A stretch of DNA of 28,235 nucleotides from a virus. Taxonomy: Duplodnaviria; Caudoviricetes. A program made the translations under genes and the position numbers. The stretch is taken from positions 1 to 28,235 of IMG/VR virus record IMGVR_UViG_3300020365_000100, one strand, 5' to 3'. Positions 7,460 through 16,723 of the stretch are shown here, one piece after another (within the stretch, counting starts at the first letter, position 1; every line of letters begins with the position of its first letter). The notes beneath the pieces were generated by a model. That model did not search any database. It was not told the DNA's origin and saw only the letters and a program-made list of their open reading frames with translations.

Positions 7460-7679
7460 TTGCTATACCCCTTAGTAAAGATTTGATTTCGTCAATATCA
7501 CCTTTAATATTAGCAAGATCTTCTTCAATGGATTGTATTTTTTGATTCTCTTTCGATTTGACAGATCTCCTCTTCATATATTCCTCATATTCTGAGGTGT
7601 TTACATTTACTATGGAATTGGTATGAGGGTCTCTTGCGAGCCCCTCATGACCTTTCACTTTCATATATTCATTGTTCAT
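7446..7679 (-). CDS. Small 77-aa protein with C-terminal coiled coil, probably virion-associated
   Basis: Coupled to the VrlC stop (TAA-T-ATG). KVKGHEGLARDPHTNSIVN head followed by heptads IQSIEEDLANIKGDIDEIKSLL. As I recall, similar ORFs follow VrlC in T4-like cyanophages. Confidence 0.8.
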   Translation of the reverse strand: MNNEYMKVKGHEGLARDPHTNSIVNVNTSEYEEYMKRRSVKSKENQKIQSIEEDLANIKGDIDEIKSLLRGIANGSK

Positions 7680-7680
7680 A

Positions 7681-10600
7681 TTATGCTAATGCAATTACAC
7701 GTAGATCTTGTACTCTTGGAACATATGCCTGACTTGTAGAAGTCATCACCAATTTAATTCTATATGTTCTGAATGCAGGCAACTCATCTGCAGTAAATGT
7801 ATATTCCTTAAAGTTAATTTCTTGAGATTCAAATCCCAATTCATTAGAAGGAACTACGAACTGATCTGGTTTTCCATCACTATCCTCAAGTTCGATAATC
7901 TGACCTCTGTAGTCTAGATTATCATGTCCAGGGAATGGGAAGAACAGAGGTTCAAAGTTTGGATTATCTCCAATTGCATAGAATGCACGAATATCTGAAT
8001 AATTATTGATATGTGCGTTCAGAAGAATCTTAATCGAAGTTGCTGGAGTTTCCAATCCAATTTCTTTTGAAATGTATTGGAATGCACTTGGGTCAGCCTT
8101 TGCAAGAGAAACTCTAGAGTCAGTAGCATAGTTTGTAATAACACTGTTAACTCTATTTGATGTGAGAATCGTTGCTACTCTTTGAGAGTCAATAACAGGA
8201 GTTAGGAGTGGATTTGTTGTTCCTAGTGTCAGTCTCATTTGTAGAGACTTATTGCCTGCAATTGCACCAAGTTTTTCTTCTTCATTGATCTTTGAACATA
8301 CAACTCTTGGACCATCAAGATAGTTAGGAGTGTTGAGATTCAGTGAGGTGAATCCAGCATCAATGAATGGAATTTCAGTTCCATCCATACTCTTACTACT
8401 TACACTTCTAAGTTCTGCACCAACAGTTGTTCCAGGAACAGTTAGATTCTGAACAATAGGTGTTATGATTTCATAAGGGATGTTTTGAGTTGCTTTTGTA
8501 TTATGTCCACCAGCAGTCTTAGTAGAACCTAGATATAATTTTGGATATCCAGCAACAGTTCTATTAGTACCATCTGTAGACATATCCAACTTGATAGCAT
8601 AAGAATCAAATGTGATTGGATCACTCAATGTAACATCAGCCATAGCATGTGTTTTGTTGATTCTCTTAAGAGAAACACCATTTAACTCATACTTATAAAC
8701 TGGAGTACCTGTTGCATATGTAAGTGGATTGGTTCCTCTTACAATGTTTCCTTCAAGATCATTTCCATTAACTGAAGTATATTCAATAATTTCATTTCCA
8801 ATTAATGCATATCCTGGATTTGTGGTTCCAACTCCAACACCCTCAAATGTCGAGAACTGAGATCCATCACTAACCTGGATAGATCCAGTAGAATCAGAAG
8901 TGTAAGTTACACTCAACTTAGATGGTCTTACGTCAGAAGCAACGTCAGAGATGGTTACAAAGTCTTCTTCAGTGTACATACCATGGTTCTTATGATTGAC
9001 CTTGATATGTAAACCATCTGAAACTGTAGTAATACTATCTACAGCAACGTTTCCACCAAGTTCCCAGTTAAGGTTTGTAGTAATTCCTGCGCTAGAAACA
9101 TATCTCATGGTATTTGCTACACCAGTCAGGAAGTCACCCTGAACATTATCTAAGAGTATCTGATTAGTATTAGCAATACCAACGATAGAGAATCTTGCAT
9201 TTCTACCAACTTCCAGAGATCCAATATTTGGAATCGATACAACATCACCTGCAACATATCCATTACCTGTTGCAGAAATAGTTGCTGCAACTGCAACTCC
9301 ATCAGCAATAGTAATATCTGCAGTAGCACCAGATCCATTTCCAGTTACAGTCTCTAGAGTAACTCCATTGAATGTAGCTCCACCAGATCCTGGAGTGTAA
9401 CCAAGACCTGCATTAACAATATTGAGATCTCCTGTTGCGATTCCTGCATTGCCAATGTAATTACCTGTCGCATCAGACTCCCACTGCATTACAGTGTTGC
9501 CAAATTCAAGTCCAGTATCACCAATAGTCGAAGCAAGACTAATTCTTACTTTTCTTGAATACATTTCAAGAGAATTTGGAAGAAGATTTGCAATCTGATT
9601 ATTTCCAGAATTTAGTTCTGGATTATAGAAATCAACCGTTCCAGTATCTAAGAAATCTGCTCTAAACAGTTGGAATTTAAGATCTTCCCACTGACTTGGT
9701 TCCCAAGTAGAAGCATTTTGTGACTTGAATAGTGATCCAAGTGTTGGTTGATTAGAAACAAACGTCTGAGATTGTAAATCTTCTTCTCCAACTCTAGAAA
9801 TAAAGACACTATAATCTGGAGATTGTGATAAAAGAACGATTGCATATTCTGTTCCACCTTGCAGATAAACAGGTGCATCAAATTCAAAGAATGTGATAGC
9901 AGATCCATTTTCTGAAGTTGTAATCTGACTTGGATCTAAGAATACTTCAGATAGAGGTAAAACTTTTTGCGAAGGAGTTCCTAGCTCTAAAGTTCTTAAT
10001 TGCATGACCACAGGAATGTTTCCTGCATCAACAGTATTGAAGTAAACTCCACACTTAGTTACAAAGATACCTTCAGATTCTTCAACAAAGAATGATTGAG
10101 CCAAGGGGTCCCCTCTTCTGGGTGGTCTTGGGGGTGGACGCCTTGGTGGTGGTGGAGGTGGTGGTGGGAATACCCATACTCTACTATTGAGAACAGTAGA
10201 GGATACTACTTGAGTATCAGCAACTCTTCTAATATCTCTAGATTCTGAATGCTCAACAGTATCAATTCTTGCATTTCTAACAGAAATAATATTTTCTTGT
10301 ACTGTTTCTAGAGTTCCAGCCGCTTCAAATCCTTCAACTGCAATGGTGGTTGCATCATCTACATCACCATCTTCATCATTGATCAAAGTAAACGATTTGT
10401 TTCCAGTTTCAAATCTTGGATGTATCGTTTGATTTGGATTAGGAACAAAGAAACTACCTGCAACTGTTGCTGTTATGTCAGAGACAAGTTTGACAGCAGA
10501 GATTGTTGCTATTGCTCCACTTGTTCTTCCTACAAGGGTCATACCCTGCTGAATAAATCCACTAAATTCACCATCAGCAATATTTGAAAGTGAGTTGCAA

Positions 10601-13600
10601 TCAACGTTGAGTACAGTCGATGTTGATGAATAAGTTGTCTCAAGAGGTTGATTTGTATATGGATTCTCAGGGTAGGTTAACTCAGGAGCATCAAAAGCTC
10701 CAGTTCTGTGGTTTGTCTGTGCAACTCTAAATGTAACTCTTGGAGCTACATCTACAGTATCTGGTCCAAGACCTGTAGTATTGACTGTACCATCTACAGT
10801 CTCTCCAACTTGGAATACTCCAGAAGACATTGCAATCTCAAGGAGTTTTGGTACAACGTAATTTGTTACATCAACACCATCAAAGAATGCATATACTCTA
10901 GTATGTGGTTTTAGACCACGACTTATAAAGGCAATATTCCTTGATCTCATGAATGGAATAATGTCTCTACTGACAGTTCTATCGCCAACAGAAGTATTAT
11001 CAATTTGTTCAACAAACTGTCTTCTCAAACCAGTTCTAGTTGATACTCCAGTATCGACAATATCAAGAAGTTCATCTTGAACTGTGTCAAATCTGATACC
11101 CCATCCTAACCACTGTGATGTTGATCTAGTTTGCTGTCTTGTAACTCTCTCTTGTCCAGTCCAGTTATCTACCCAAGCATTCCAAACAGTAGGAGCAAAA
11201 CCAGTTTGTGGATCAATATTGAGGTTTTCTGTAGCGTCTCTTAGAACTCTTGCAAAGTTTCCTTCAACATTAATGAACTTGGCTTCAAGTCTTACAGTAT
11301 CGACCCAAACATCAGATGCAGGTGTCAATGCAATAGATCCTCTCCAGAAATTCAAGATGAAAGGAGTGACGCTTTCAGTTCTAGTACCAAATCTTTGTTC
11401 AAAATATTGAACTTCTGAATAATCAAGAGTAATAATATCAGACTTCTTCTTGATATTAATACCTTCTGGTTGTGCAACTGATCTATCTGTTGATGGATCA
11501 AGTCCAACAACTGGACCAGGAATCAAATCAATTGCATTAGTATAATGAGCAGGTCTTAACTCTTTATTCTTGACATCAATACTATTCTTAAGCAGAATAG
11601 TAGGCTCTTGTGCTAAGAGAGAAGTAAAGTTATCTACAAAGAATCCAGACTTAAATCTAGATAATCCTGAAGTATCAGCAACAAATAGATTTGCAGTATT
11701 TGTTTCAAGTAGAGAAAGTGCTGTGTAATACTCTAAACTCTTGATTCTACCCTCAAGTTTTTGAATATCAGACATCTTGTATCTCTTATGATCCAAGAAT
11801 TCAACAATTGCATCTGAAGTTTTGTACAGATAAGGAGGTAAATTGATAGATGCAATTTCAAGAGCATCATCAACTACTACAGGTTTCTCTGGTCTTTCTG
11901 CTGGAGTTCCATATTTAACTTGGAATACACCATCTTTCGTTAGGAATATTCTATCAATTCTTCCCAGATAGTATGAGAATGTTGCCTGAATATTTTCATC
12001 TGATGCTAAAACATTAGCAGCAGAATTTCCTGAAGCATTGAAAGATCTTCCATGGAATTCTAAAGGAGATCTATCTGAAGTTGTTTCGGGGGTGAAGTTA
12101 GAAACTCTTGGTCTAATATCAATAATGTCACTATTTCTAATAAAGTTTACTGTTCTGATTTCATTAGTATAGTTGAATCCCTCATAATACGAATTAACAG
12201 TAGTGATGTCTCCATCATCGGCTGAATCATAATATCCTGAAGAATAGTAGATTCTAAGTTTTTTGGTTGGTTCCTGAACATCTGCATTTCTTACGATTGT
12301 TCCATAATCGTAATAAGTCCCTTTTTGGCCTGTTCTATATGAATAACTAGTAGAAACATCAAAACTATCTGCATTTAGTGTTTGAACTACTGCTGATATA
12401 TTTGATTCATAGGAAAGGATTGTTTCTCCTTCAGTAAAAGTTTTCTTATTCTTATATAAGAAAGTGATCTGAGTAGAAGATAATTTCTCTGCAACAATTG
12501 CAACTGCACCACTAGACTCTCCACGAATCTCTTCTCCAATAATAAACTCAGATGTGGTAGCAGATGGAGATACAATAGAATTTAAGATTGCTTTTGGTGG
12601 AGTTGGATCACTTGTATTTGCAGATTCAAAAATCGCATGAATATCAACAATATCTGGAACATTAAGGCAAATAGTACTGTCCTGAACTCTAGTTCCAAAT
12701 GGGAATGATCCATATACCAGACCGTCATCTAAAGTAGTTGCTCCAATACCAGATCCAGCATTTTTGGATGCACTGATTACAACAGAAGAAACTCTATACT
12801 TCTTCTTATCTTTGGCCTTTGGTTTTGATTTTCTTAGTGTAGCAATTAGGATGGCACCAGTATCGTTTGCTCCTAAGTTATTGATTTGAAGTTGTTCACC
12901 CCCAGCAATGAGAGCAAACATGTCAGAAGTCAATGTTTCATAGGAACCATCACTTCTTGCTAAAGAATATCTTTCTTCATCAAATGGCAAGAATACCTCA
13001 TCAGTGTCTGCACTTACAGCAACTGATAATTGATTGTTTGCAATGTTTACAGTATACTCTTTTCTAATTGTCAGAGTTGATGCTGTTAAATCAACGTTAG
13101 AGATGTGATCTTTAGGAAGTTTGGTATAAAGAGTATTATCTGTGGATGAATCTAAGTAAGAAGTTACTACAGTCAAATCTGTAATATCTAATTGTGCTGC
13201 AGGTAAAGTAGAAGAAGTAACTCCAACAACAGTTTGTACTTGCTCAACTTTTACTGAATTAGTTCCAACTTCAGTAACTCTTGCTAATACTGGATTACCC
13301 AAAGAAACATCAGTGTACTTGATGATGTCATTTTGTCTAACCAGATTACCAGGGAATACTGGATTAAGGCTAGTAATTGTACTAATTCCTGCATCCAGGG
13401 CACTAACAGTAGCAATGCCAATTACATATCTGTCGGATTGAATTACGTCTGCAGAGAACGTTACTGCTGCACCAACAATTCCATGAACAGATTTGACGTT
13501 TGATGAATTATTAGCAGTTAGTGCTACGCCAACATATCCAACTGATGACCCATTAAACTCAAAAGATTCATTTGCGATAAAAGATCCTTCCGTATTATAA

Positions 13601-15141
13601 ATCTGAATGCTTCTAGAATCAGTTACATCATTTAAAAGGTATCCTGTAGCACCACTATTTGATCCTTTAATATGTACAGGAGTGCTTAGAGTGACAGGAT
13701 AGTTTAAGGTTACATCAGTTGTATATTGAACATCATACAAACCAATCTCCCAATCATTTAAATTTTGATTGGATAGATTATATGAACCAGACTCTAATCT
13801 AAAGTCATAAACTCTCGCTACACCAATTTCACTGCCAGCAGCAATAGTTGCAGCTGCACCAACTCTTTGATCTCTAAGACTTAGAACAAAAGTGTTTCCA
13901 ATTCCAATTTTGGGAGAACCATAGATATTATTCAATCCAAAAGTTGGACCAGTATTATAAACAATTGCCTGATTTGTTAGAGTTTTAGTAGTTCTTGGTT
14001 TCTCAGTATCTAGATATACAGCACCATTTGTTTCAACTCTATAACCTTTAACAAAGGCCTTACCAGAGGAAACTTGATATAATGCCAAATCTTCATCTGG
14101 AGTAGATCCAGAATATGTGAATTGACCTTCTCTGTAAATTCCTCTATTTCCTTTTTGATCATTCAAGGAATCTTTAACTGCTACCTCAAAAGGAGCAACA
14201 GTATAATCTCCAGATTCTTCATAAGTTCTCTTTGCTAATTCATCAGCAAGAATACTTTGATCAGTTGTCAGAGGTTGTATTCTAATATTACCTTCTTCAA
14301 TCTTAGCAAGTTCGACAAAGTTAGTATCATCAAAATCTGTTAGATCTTTTTTAAATAATCTAACAGTAATTTTCAGTCTATCTGCTCCTGGAGCAGCATA
14401 GTTATTGTATCCTTGAGAATTATCTGTTAAATCTTCATCTAAATCAGAATTGACAATTTCTTCGCTGATGAAAAAACCAACTCTAGCATTAGTATTGGTA
14501 TCATATTGACTCAGAATCAGTTTTTCTGATTTTACATTGACAAACTGACCTCTAAAGAAATAAACACCTTCTAAAATATTAAATACTGTACCTACAGAAG
14601 CAGCATTGTTTGAAATAGTTGATGCGAAAGGTGATCCTGCTTCGATAGAAGTATTTCCAAGCAATCCTGTTTCAATTGCAGCACTAGCTGTTAAATTTTC
14701 GCCATCTAGAAATGTCTCTCCAATATTATCTTGAGTATTTGAACCAACATAATAAACATAAAGAGTAAGATTACTTCTTTCCGAGTCTGAAGGTTGAAGT
14801 ACTTGATCAACTGTTGCAGTAACTCCAGATGTTTGTCCTGTAATTGTTAAACCAACTAGTTCTTCTGCATATGCACCAACAGGGACACCTAAAAAATTAT
14901 TATTTAACTCAATTGCATGATATGACGGGTTATAACTGGTATTTCCAGGTATAACTTTTGCACCTTCTTTAAAGAAGTGTTGACCAAATTTTTCAATTTG
15001 GTTTTGAAGCATTGACTGTAAACCAGTTAGTTCCCTTGCCTGAATAGGGTATCCTGGTTTGAATAAAATCTTATAATAGTCATTATTTGCATCAAAATCG
15101 TCAAAATATGGAGCTACGTTTAAATTTGTTTGCTGAGACAT
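7681..15141 (-). CDS. Large virion structural protein, VrlC-like / DUF4815 family (2,486 aa)
   Basis: N-terminal TNLNVAPYFDDFD...YYKILFKPGYPIQARELTGLQSMLQNQIEKFG.HFFKEG, NYAAPGADRLKI, ELAKRTYEESGDY, RFKSGFFVDNF, DPLAQSF, GSLFKSQNASTW and C-terminal PRVQDLRVIALA. It follows gp8. Confidence 0.88.
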   Translation of the reverse strand: MSQQTNLNVAPYFDDFDANNDYYKILFKPGYPIQARELTGLQSMLQNQIEKFGQHFFKEGAKVIPGNTSYNPSYHAIELNNNFLGVPVGAYAEELVGLTITGQTSGVTATVDQVLQPSDSERSNLTLYVYYVGSNTQDNIGETFLDGENLTASAAIETGLLGNTSIEAGSPFASTISNNAASVGTVFNILEGVYFFRGQFVNVKSEKLILSQYDTNTNARVGFFISEEIVNSDLDEDLTDNSQGYNNYAAPGADRLKITVRLFKKDLTDFDDTNFVELAKIEEGNIRIQPLTTDQSILADELAKRTYEESGDYTVAPFEVAVKDSLNDQKGNRGIYREGQFTYSGSTPDEDLALYQVSSGKAFVKGYRVETNGAVYLDTEKPRTTKTLTNQAIVYNTGPTFGLNNIYGSPKIGIGNTFVLSLRDQRVGAAATIAAGSEIGVARVYDFRLESGSYNLSNQNLNDWEIGLYDVQYTTDVTLNYPVTLSTPVHIKGSNSGATGYLLNDVTDSRSIQIYNTEGSFIANESFEFNGSSVGYVGVALTANNSSNVKSVHGIVGAAVTFSADVIQSDRYVIGIATVSALDAGISTITSLNPVFPGNLVRQNDIIKYTDVSLGNPVLARVTEVGTNSVKVEQVQTVVGVTSSTLPAAQLDITDLTVVTSYLDSSTDNTLYTKLPKDHISNVDLTASTLTIRKEYTVNIANNQLSVAVSADTDEVFLPFDEERYSLARSDGSYETLTSDMFALIAGGEQLQINNLGANDTGAILIATLRKSKPKAKDKKKYRVSSVVISASKNAGSGIGATTLDDGLVYGSFPFGTRVQDSTICLNVPDIVDIHAIFESANTSDPTPPKAILNSIVSPSATTSEFIIGEEIRGESSGAVAIVAEKLSSTQITFLYKNKKTFTEGETILSYESNISAVVQTLNADSFDVSTSYSYRTGQKGTYYDYGTIVRNADVQEPTKKLRIYYSSGYYDSADDGDITTVNSYYEGFNYTNEIRTVNFIRNSDIIDIRPRVSNFTPETTSDRSPLEFHGRSFNASGNSAANVLASDENIQATFSYYLGRIDRIFLTKDGVFQVKYGTPAERPEKPVVVDDALEIASINLPPYLYKTSDAIVEFLDHKRYKMSDIQKLEGRIKSLEYYTALSLLETNTANLFVADTSGLSRFKSGFFVDNFTSLLAQEPTILLKNSIDVKNKELRPAHYTNAIDLIPGPVVGLDPSTDRSVAQPEGINIKKKSDIITLDYSEVQYFEQRFGTRTESVTPFILNFWRGSIALTPASDVWVDTVRLEAKFINVEGNFARVLRDATENLNIDPQTGFAPTVWNAWVDNWTGQERVTRQQTRSTSQWLGWGIRFDTVQDELLDIVDTGVSTRTGLRRQFVEQIDNTSVGDRTVSRDIIPFMRSRNIAFISRGLKPHTRVYAFFDGVDVTNYVVPKLLEIAMSSGVFQVGETVDGTVNTTGLGPDTVDVAPRVTFRVAQTNHRTGAFDAPELTYPENPYTNQPLETTYSSTSTVLNVDCNSLSNIADGEFSGFIQQGMTLVGRTSGAIATISAVKLVSDITATVAGSFFVPNPNQTIHPRFETGNKSFTLINDEDGDVDDATTIAVEGFEAAGTLETVQENIISVRNARIDTVEHSESRDIRRVADTQVVSSTVLNSRVWVFPPPPPPPPRRPPPRPPRRGDPLAQSFFVEESEGIFVTKCGVYFNTVDAGNIPVVMQLRTLELGTPSQKVLPLSEVFLDPSQITTSENGSAITFFEFDAPVYLQGGTEYAIVLLSQSPDYSVFISRVGEEDLQSQTFVSNQPTLGSLFKSQNASTWEPSQWEDLKFQLFRADFLDTGTVDFYNPELNSGNNQIANLLPNSLEMYSRKVRISLASTIGDTGLEFGNTVMQWESDATGNYIGNAGIATGDLNIVNAGLGYTPGSGGATFNGVTLETVTGNGSGATADITIADGVAVAATISATGNGYVAGDVVSIPNIGSLEVGRNARFSIVGIANTNQILLDNVQGDFLTGVANTMRYVSSAGITTNLNWELGGNVAVDSITTVSDGLHIKVNHKNHGMYTEEDFVTISDVASDVRPSKLSVTYTSDSTGSIQVSDGSQFSTFEGVGVGTTNPGYALIGNEIIEYTSVNGNDLEGNIVRGTNPLTYATGTPVYKYELNGVSLKRINKTHAMADVTLSDPITFDSYAIKLDMSTDGTNRTVAGYPKLYLGSTKTAGGHNTKATQNIPYEIITPIVQNLTVPGTTVGAELRSVSSKSMDGTEIPFIDAGFTSLNLNTPNYLDGPRVVCSKINEEEKLGAIAGNKSLQMRLTLGTTNPLLTPVIDSQRVATILTSNRVNSVITNYATDSRVSLAKADPSAFQYISKEIGLETPATSIKILLNAHINNYSDIRAFYAIGDNPNFEPLFFPFPGHDNLDYRGQIIELEDSDGKPDQFVVPSNELGFESQEINFKEYTFTADELPAFRTYRIKLVMTSTSQAYVPRVQDLRVIALA
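10114..10167 (-). repeat. Polyproline/Arg tract PPPPPPPPRRPPPRPPRR in the VrlC-like protein
   Basis: (TGG)n-rich run on the + strand; a local GC-rich island in otherwise AT-rich DNA. Confidence 0.95.
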
Positions 15142-15147
15142 AATTCT

Positions 15148-16698
15148 TTAGAACTGCAAAATGACTTTGATATCTTCTTTTTGATTTGATGACCTGGTAA
15201 TCGAAGGTCTGTTATCAACATAAATTAGGTTTCCAGAGTGTTTCTTGACCTCTGGATCAGACAATCCATTAGTAAACGATTGACCTAGGTAATATGTTCT
15301 ATTATTTATTACGGTTGATACACCCGTAAATGATGTGCTAATAGAAAGATTTACTGATCCGCCATTGATCGTGATACTGCCACCTGTTGTGGGATTGCTA
15401 GTAAATGCCTGAAGTTCAAATCCATATGTTGGATTTGTTTGTGCAGTTCCTACAGTGTTAAAACCAGCTAAGGTTCTATCTTGCCAATACTTCAGAACTC
15501 CTGTCGTTTGATCATAGTTAACTACTCTAGCAATAGCAGTAGTACCAGAAGATACGGTTTGAGTTACATATGAATCTGCTGTAAATGTAGCACCACTATA
15601 TCCAACTCCAGTGAGTCTTATTGCACCCAAAGAACTTGCTTTGTCTAAAGTAAGTATAGTGTTGGTTCCAAAAGATTGTGGATTTTCAAAAATACCAACT
15701 CTTGCGATTTGGTTTCCAGTTATAAAATCTGGGTTTTCATTATCATTTTCAATTCTAGAATATAGTAAAACGTTGGTTGCGCCAAGTTCTCTGTAAATAT
15801 CTGCACCATGACCACCTTTAGGTGTGATAATTACATCAAATGTTGGTCTTGTAGTTCCTAGTGGAACGTTTCCAGCTTCTAGATCTACATTTCCATAAGT
15901 ATATCCAGAACCCTGATTGGATACTGTAATAGACTCGATTTGTTGATCATTATCAACTACGATTGTGCATTCTGCTCCAGATCCATCACCTTTAATTGGA
16001 ACTCTAGTATAAGTTTTGTTTGCTGTTCCTACAGCAACTCCTCTATTTGTAATAGTTACAATTTTGATTGAACCATCTACTGCATTATCTCTAACAACCT
16101 CATTATCTGTTCCAGTCTCCCAATCTGGTGGAACTGGCATAAAATCAGTAGAATCAAATTTTACAATATCTCCAGGTTTAATAGTATAAAGATATTTCCA
16201 AATATATCCATCACCACTAGTGCCTGCAGATTTTGGTTCTAGATCAGTAAATAATGGTTCATCCAAAGATGGTTTGCCATTTGGGTTTTCTGGATCAGTT
16301 CCATTTTGAAGACATGCATACACTCTATATTCACTGTTCATTACAAAGAACGAAGCAGAATATAGATTAGTAGATCCACTCACGGCCGCTGGATTAGATC
16401 TACTATAATCATGTCGATACATGTCATATGTTGTACCAGAAGTCCAGTTTCTTTTTTGAACAACTTGTCTAGCATCACTAGAATTAATCTTTTTCAGAGC
16501 AATGACAGTATCCCAAGTGTCATTCTCTTCATTAAAACTATCTCTAGGTGCTGGGGGATTTGTATCCCAGTCAGATTGAATATCAGTTGGGTTAGGCAAC
16601 CCAATAAAAGAATAATAAGAGTTAGCAGAGGTGCTAACTCCAGATACAAAATTTTTCGCGTTTAATATCCTAATCTGATCAGTAATTATTGCGGCCAT
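15148..16698 (-). CDS. gp8: Baseplate wedge subunit gp8
   Basis: Motifs MAAIITDQIRILNA.NF, WDTVIALKKI, WTSGTTYDMYRHDY, FFVMNSEYRVY.CL.NG, DGYIWKYLYTI and C-terminal SGNLIYVDNRPSITRSSNQKEDIKVILQF. Confidence 0.93.
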   Translation of the reverse strand: MAAIITDQIRILNAKNFVSGVSTSANSYYSFIGLPNPTDIQSDWDTNPPAPRDSFNEENDTWDTVIALKKINSSDARQVVQKRNWTSGTTYDMYRHDYSRSNPAAVSGSTNLYSASFFVMNSEYRVYACLQNGTDPENPNGKPSLDEPLFTDLEPKSAGTSGDGYIWKYLYTIKPGDIVKFDSTDFMPVPPDWETGTDNEVVRDNAVDGSIKIVTITNRGVAVGTANKTYTRVPIKGDGSGAECTIVVDNDQQIESITVSNQGSGYTYGNVDLEAGNVPLGTTRPTFDVIITPKGGHGADIYRELGATNVLLYSRIENDNENPDFITGNQIARVGIFENPQSFGTNTILTLDKASSLGAIRLTGVGYSGATFTADSYVTQTVSSGTTAIARVVNYDQTTGVLKYWQDRTLAGFNTVGTAQTNPTYGFELQAFTSNPTTGGSITINGGSVNLSISTSFTGVSTVINNRTYYLGQSFTNGLSDPEVKKHSGNLIYVDNRPSITRSSNQKEDIKVILQF

Positions 16699-16716
16699 TT
16701 TGGGTGGTTTTTTAGT

Positions 16717-16723
16717 TATTTAT
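16717..16723 (-). promoter_or_regulatory. Late promoter core ATAAATA upstream of gp8
   Basis: The + strand reads tatttat, abutting the gp7 stop, 19 nt upstream of the gp8 ATG. This is the same spacing as at gp13. Confidence 0.75.

Noticed and set aside
10105-10168. G-rich tract as an independent regulatory element or cluster of Chi-like sites
   Set aside because: It is fully explained by proline codons on the opposite strand, and no exact GCTGGTGG is present.
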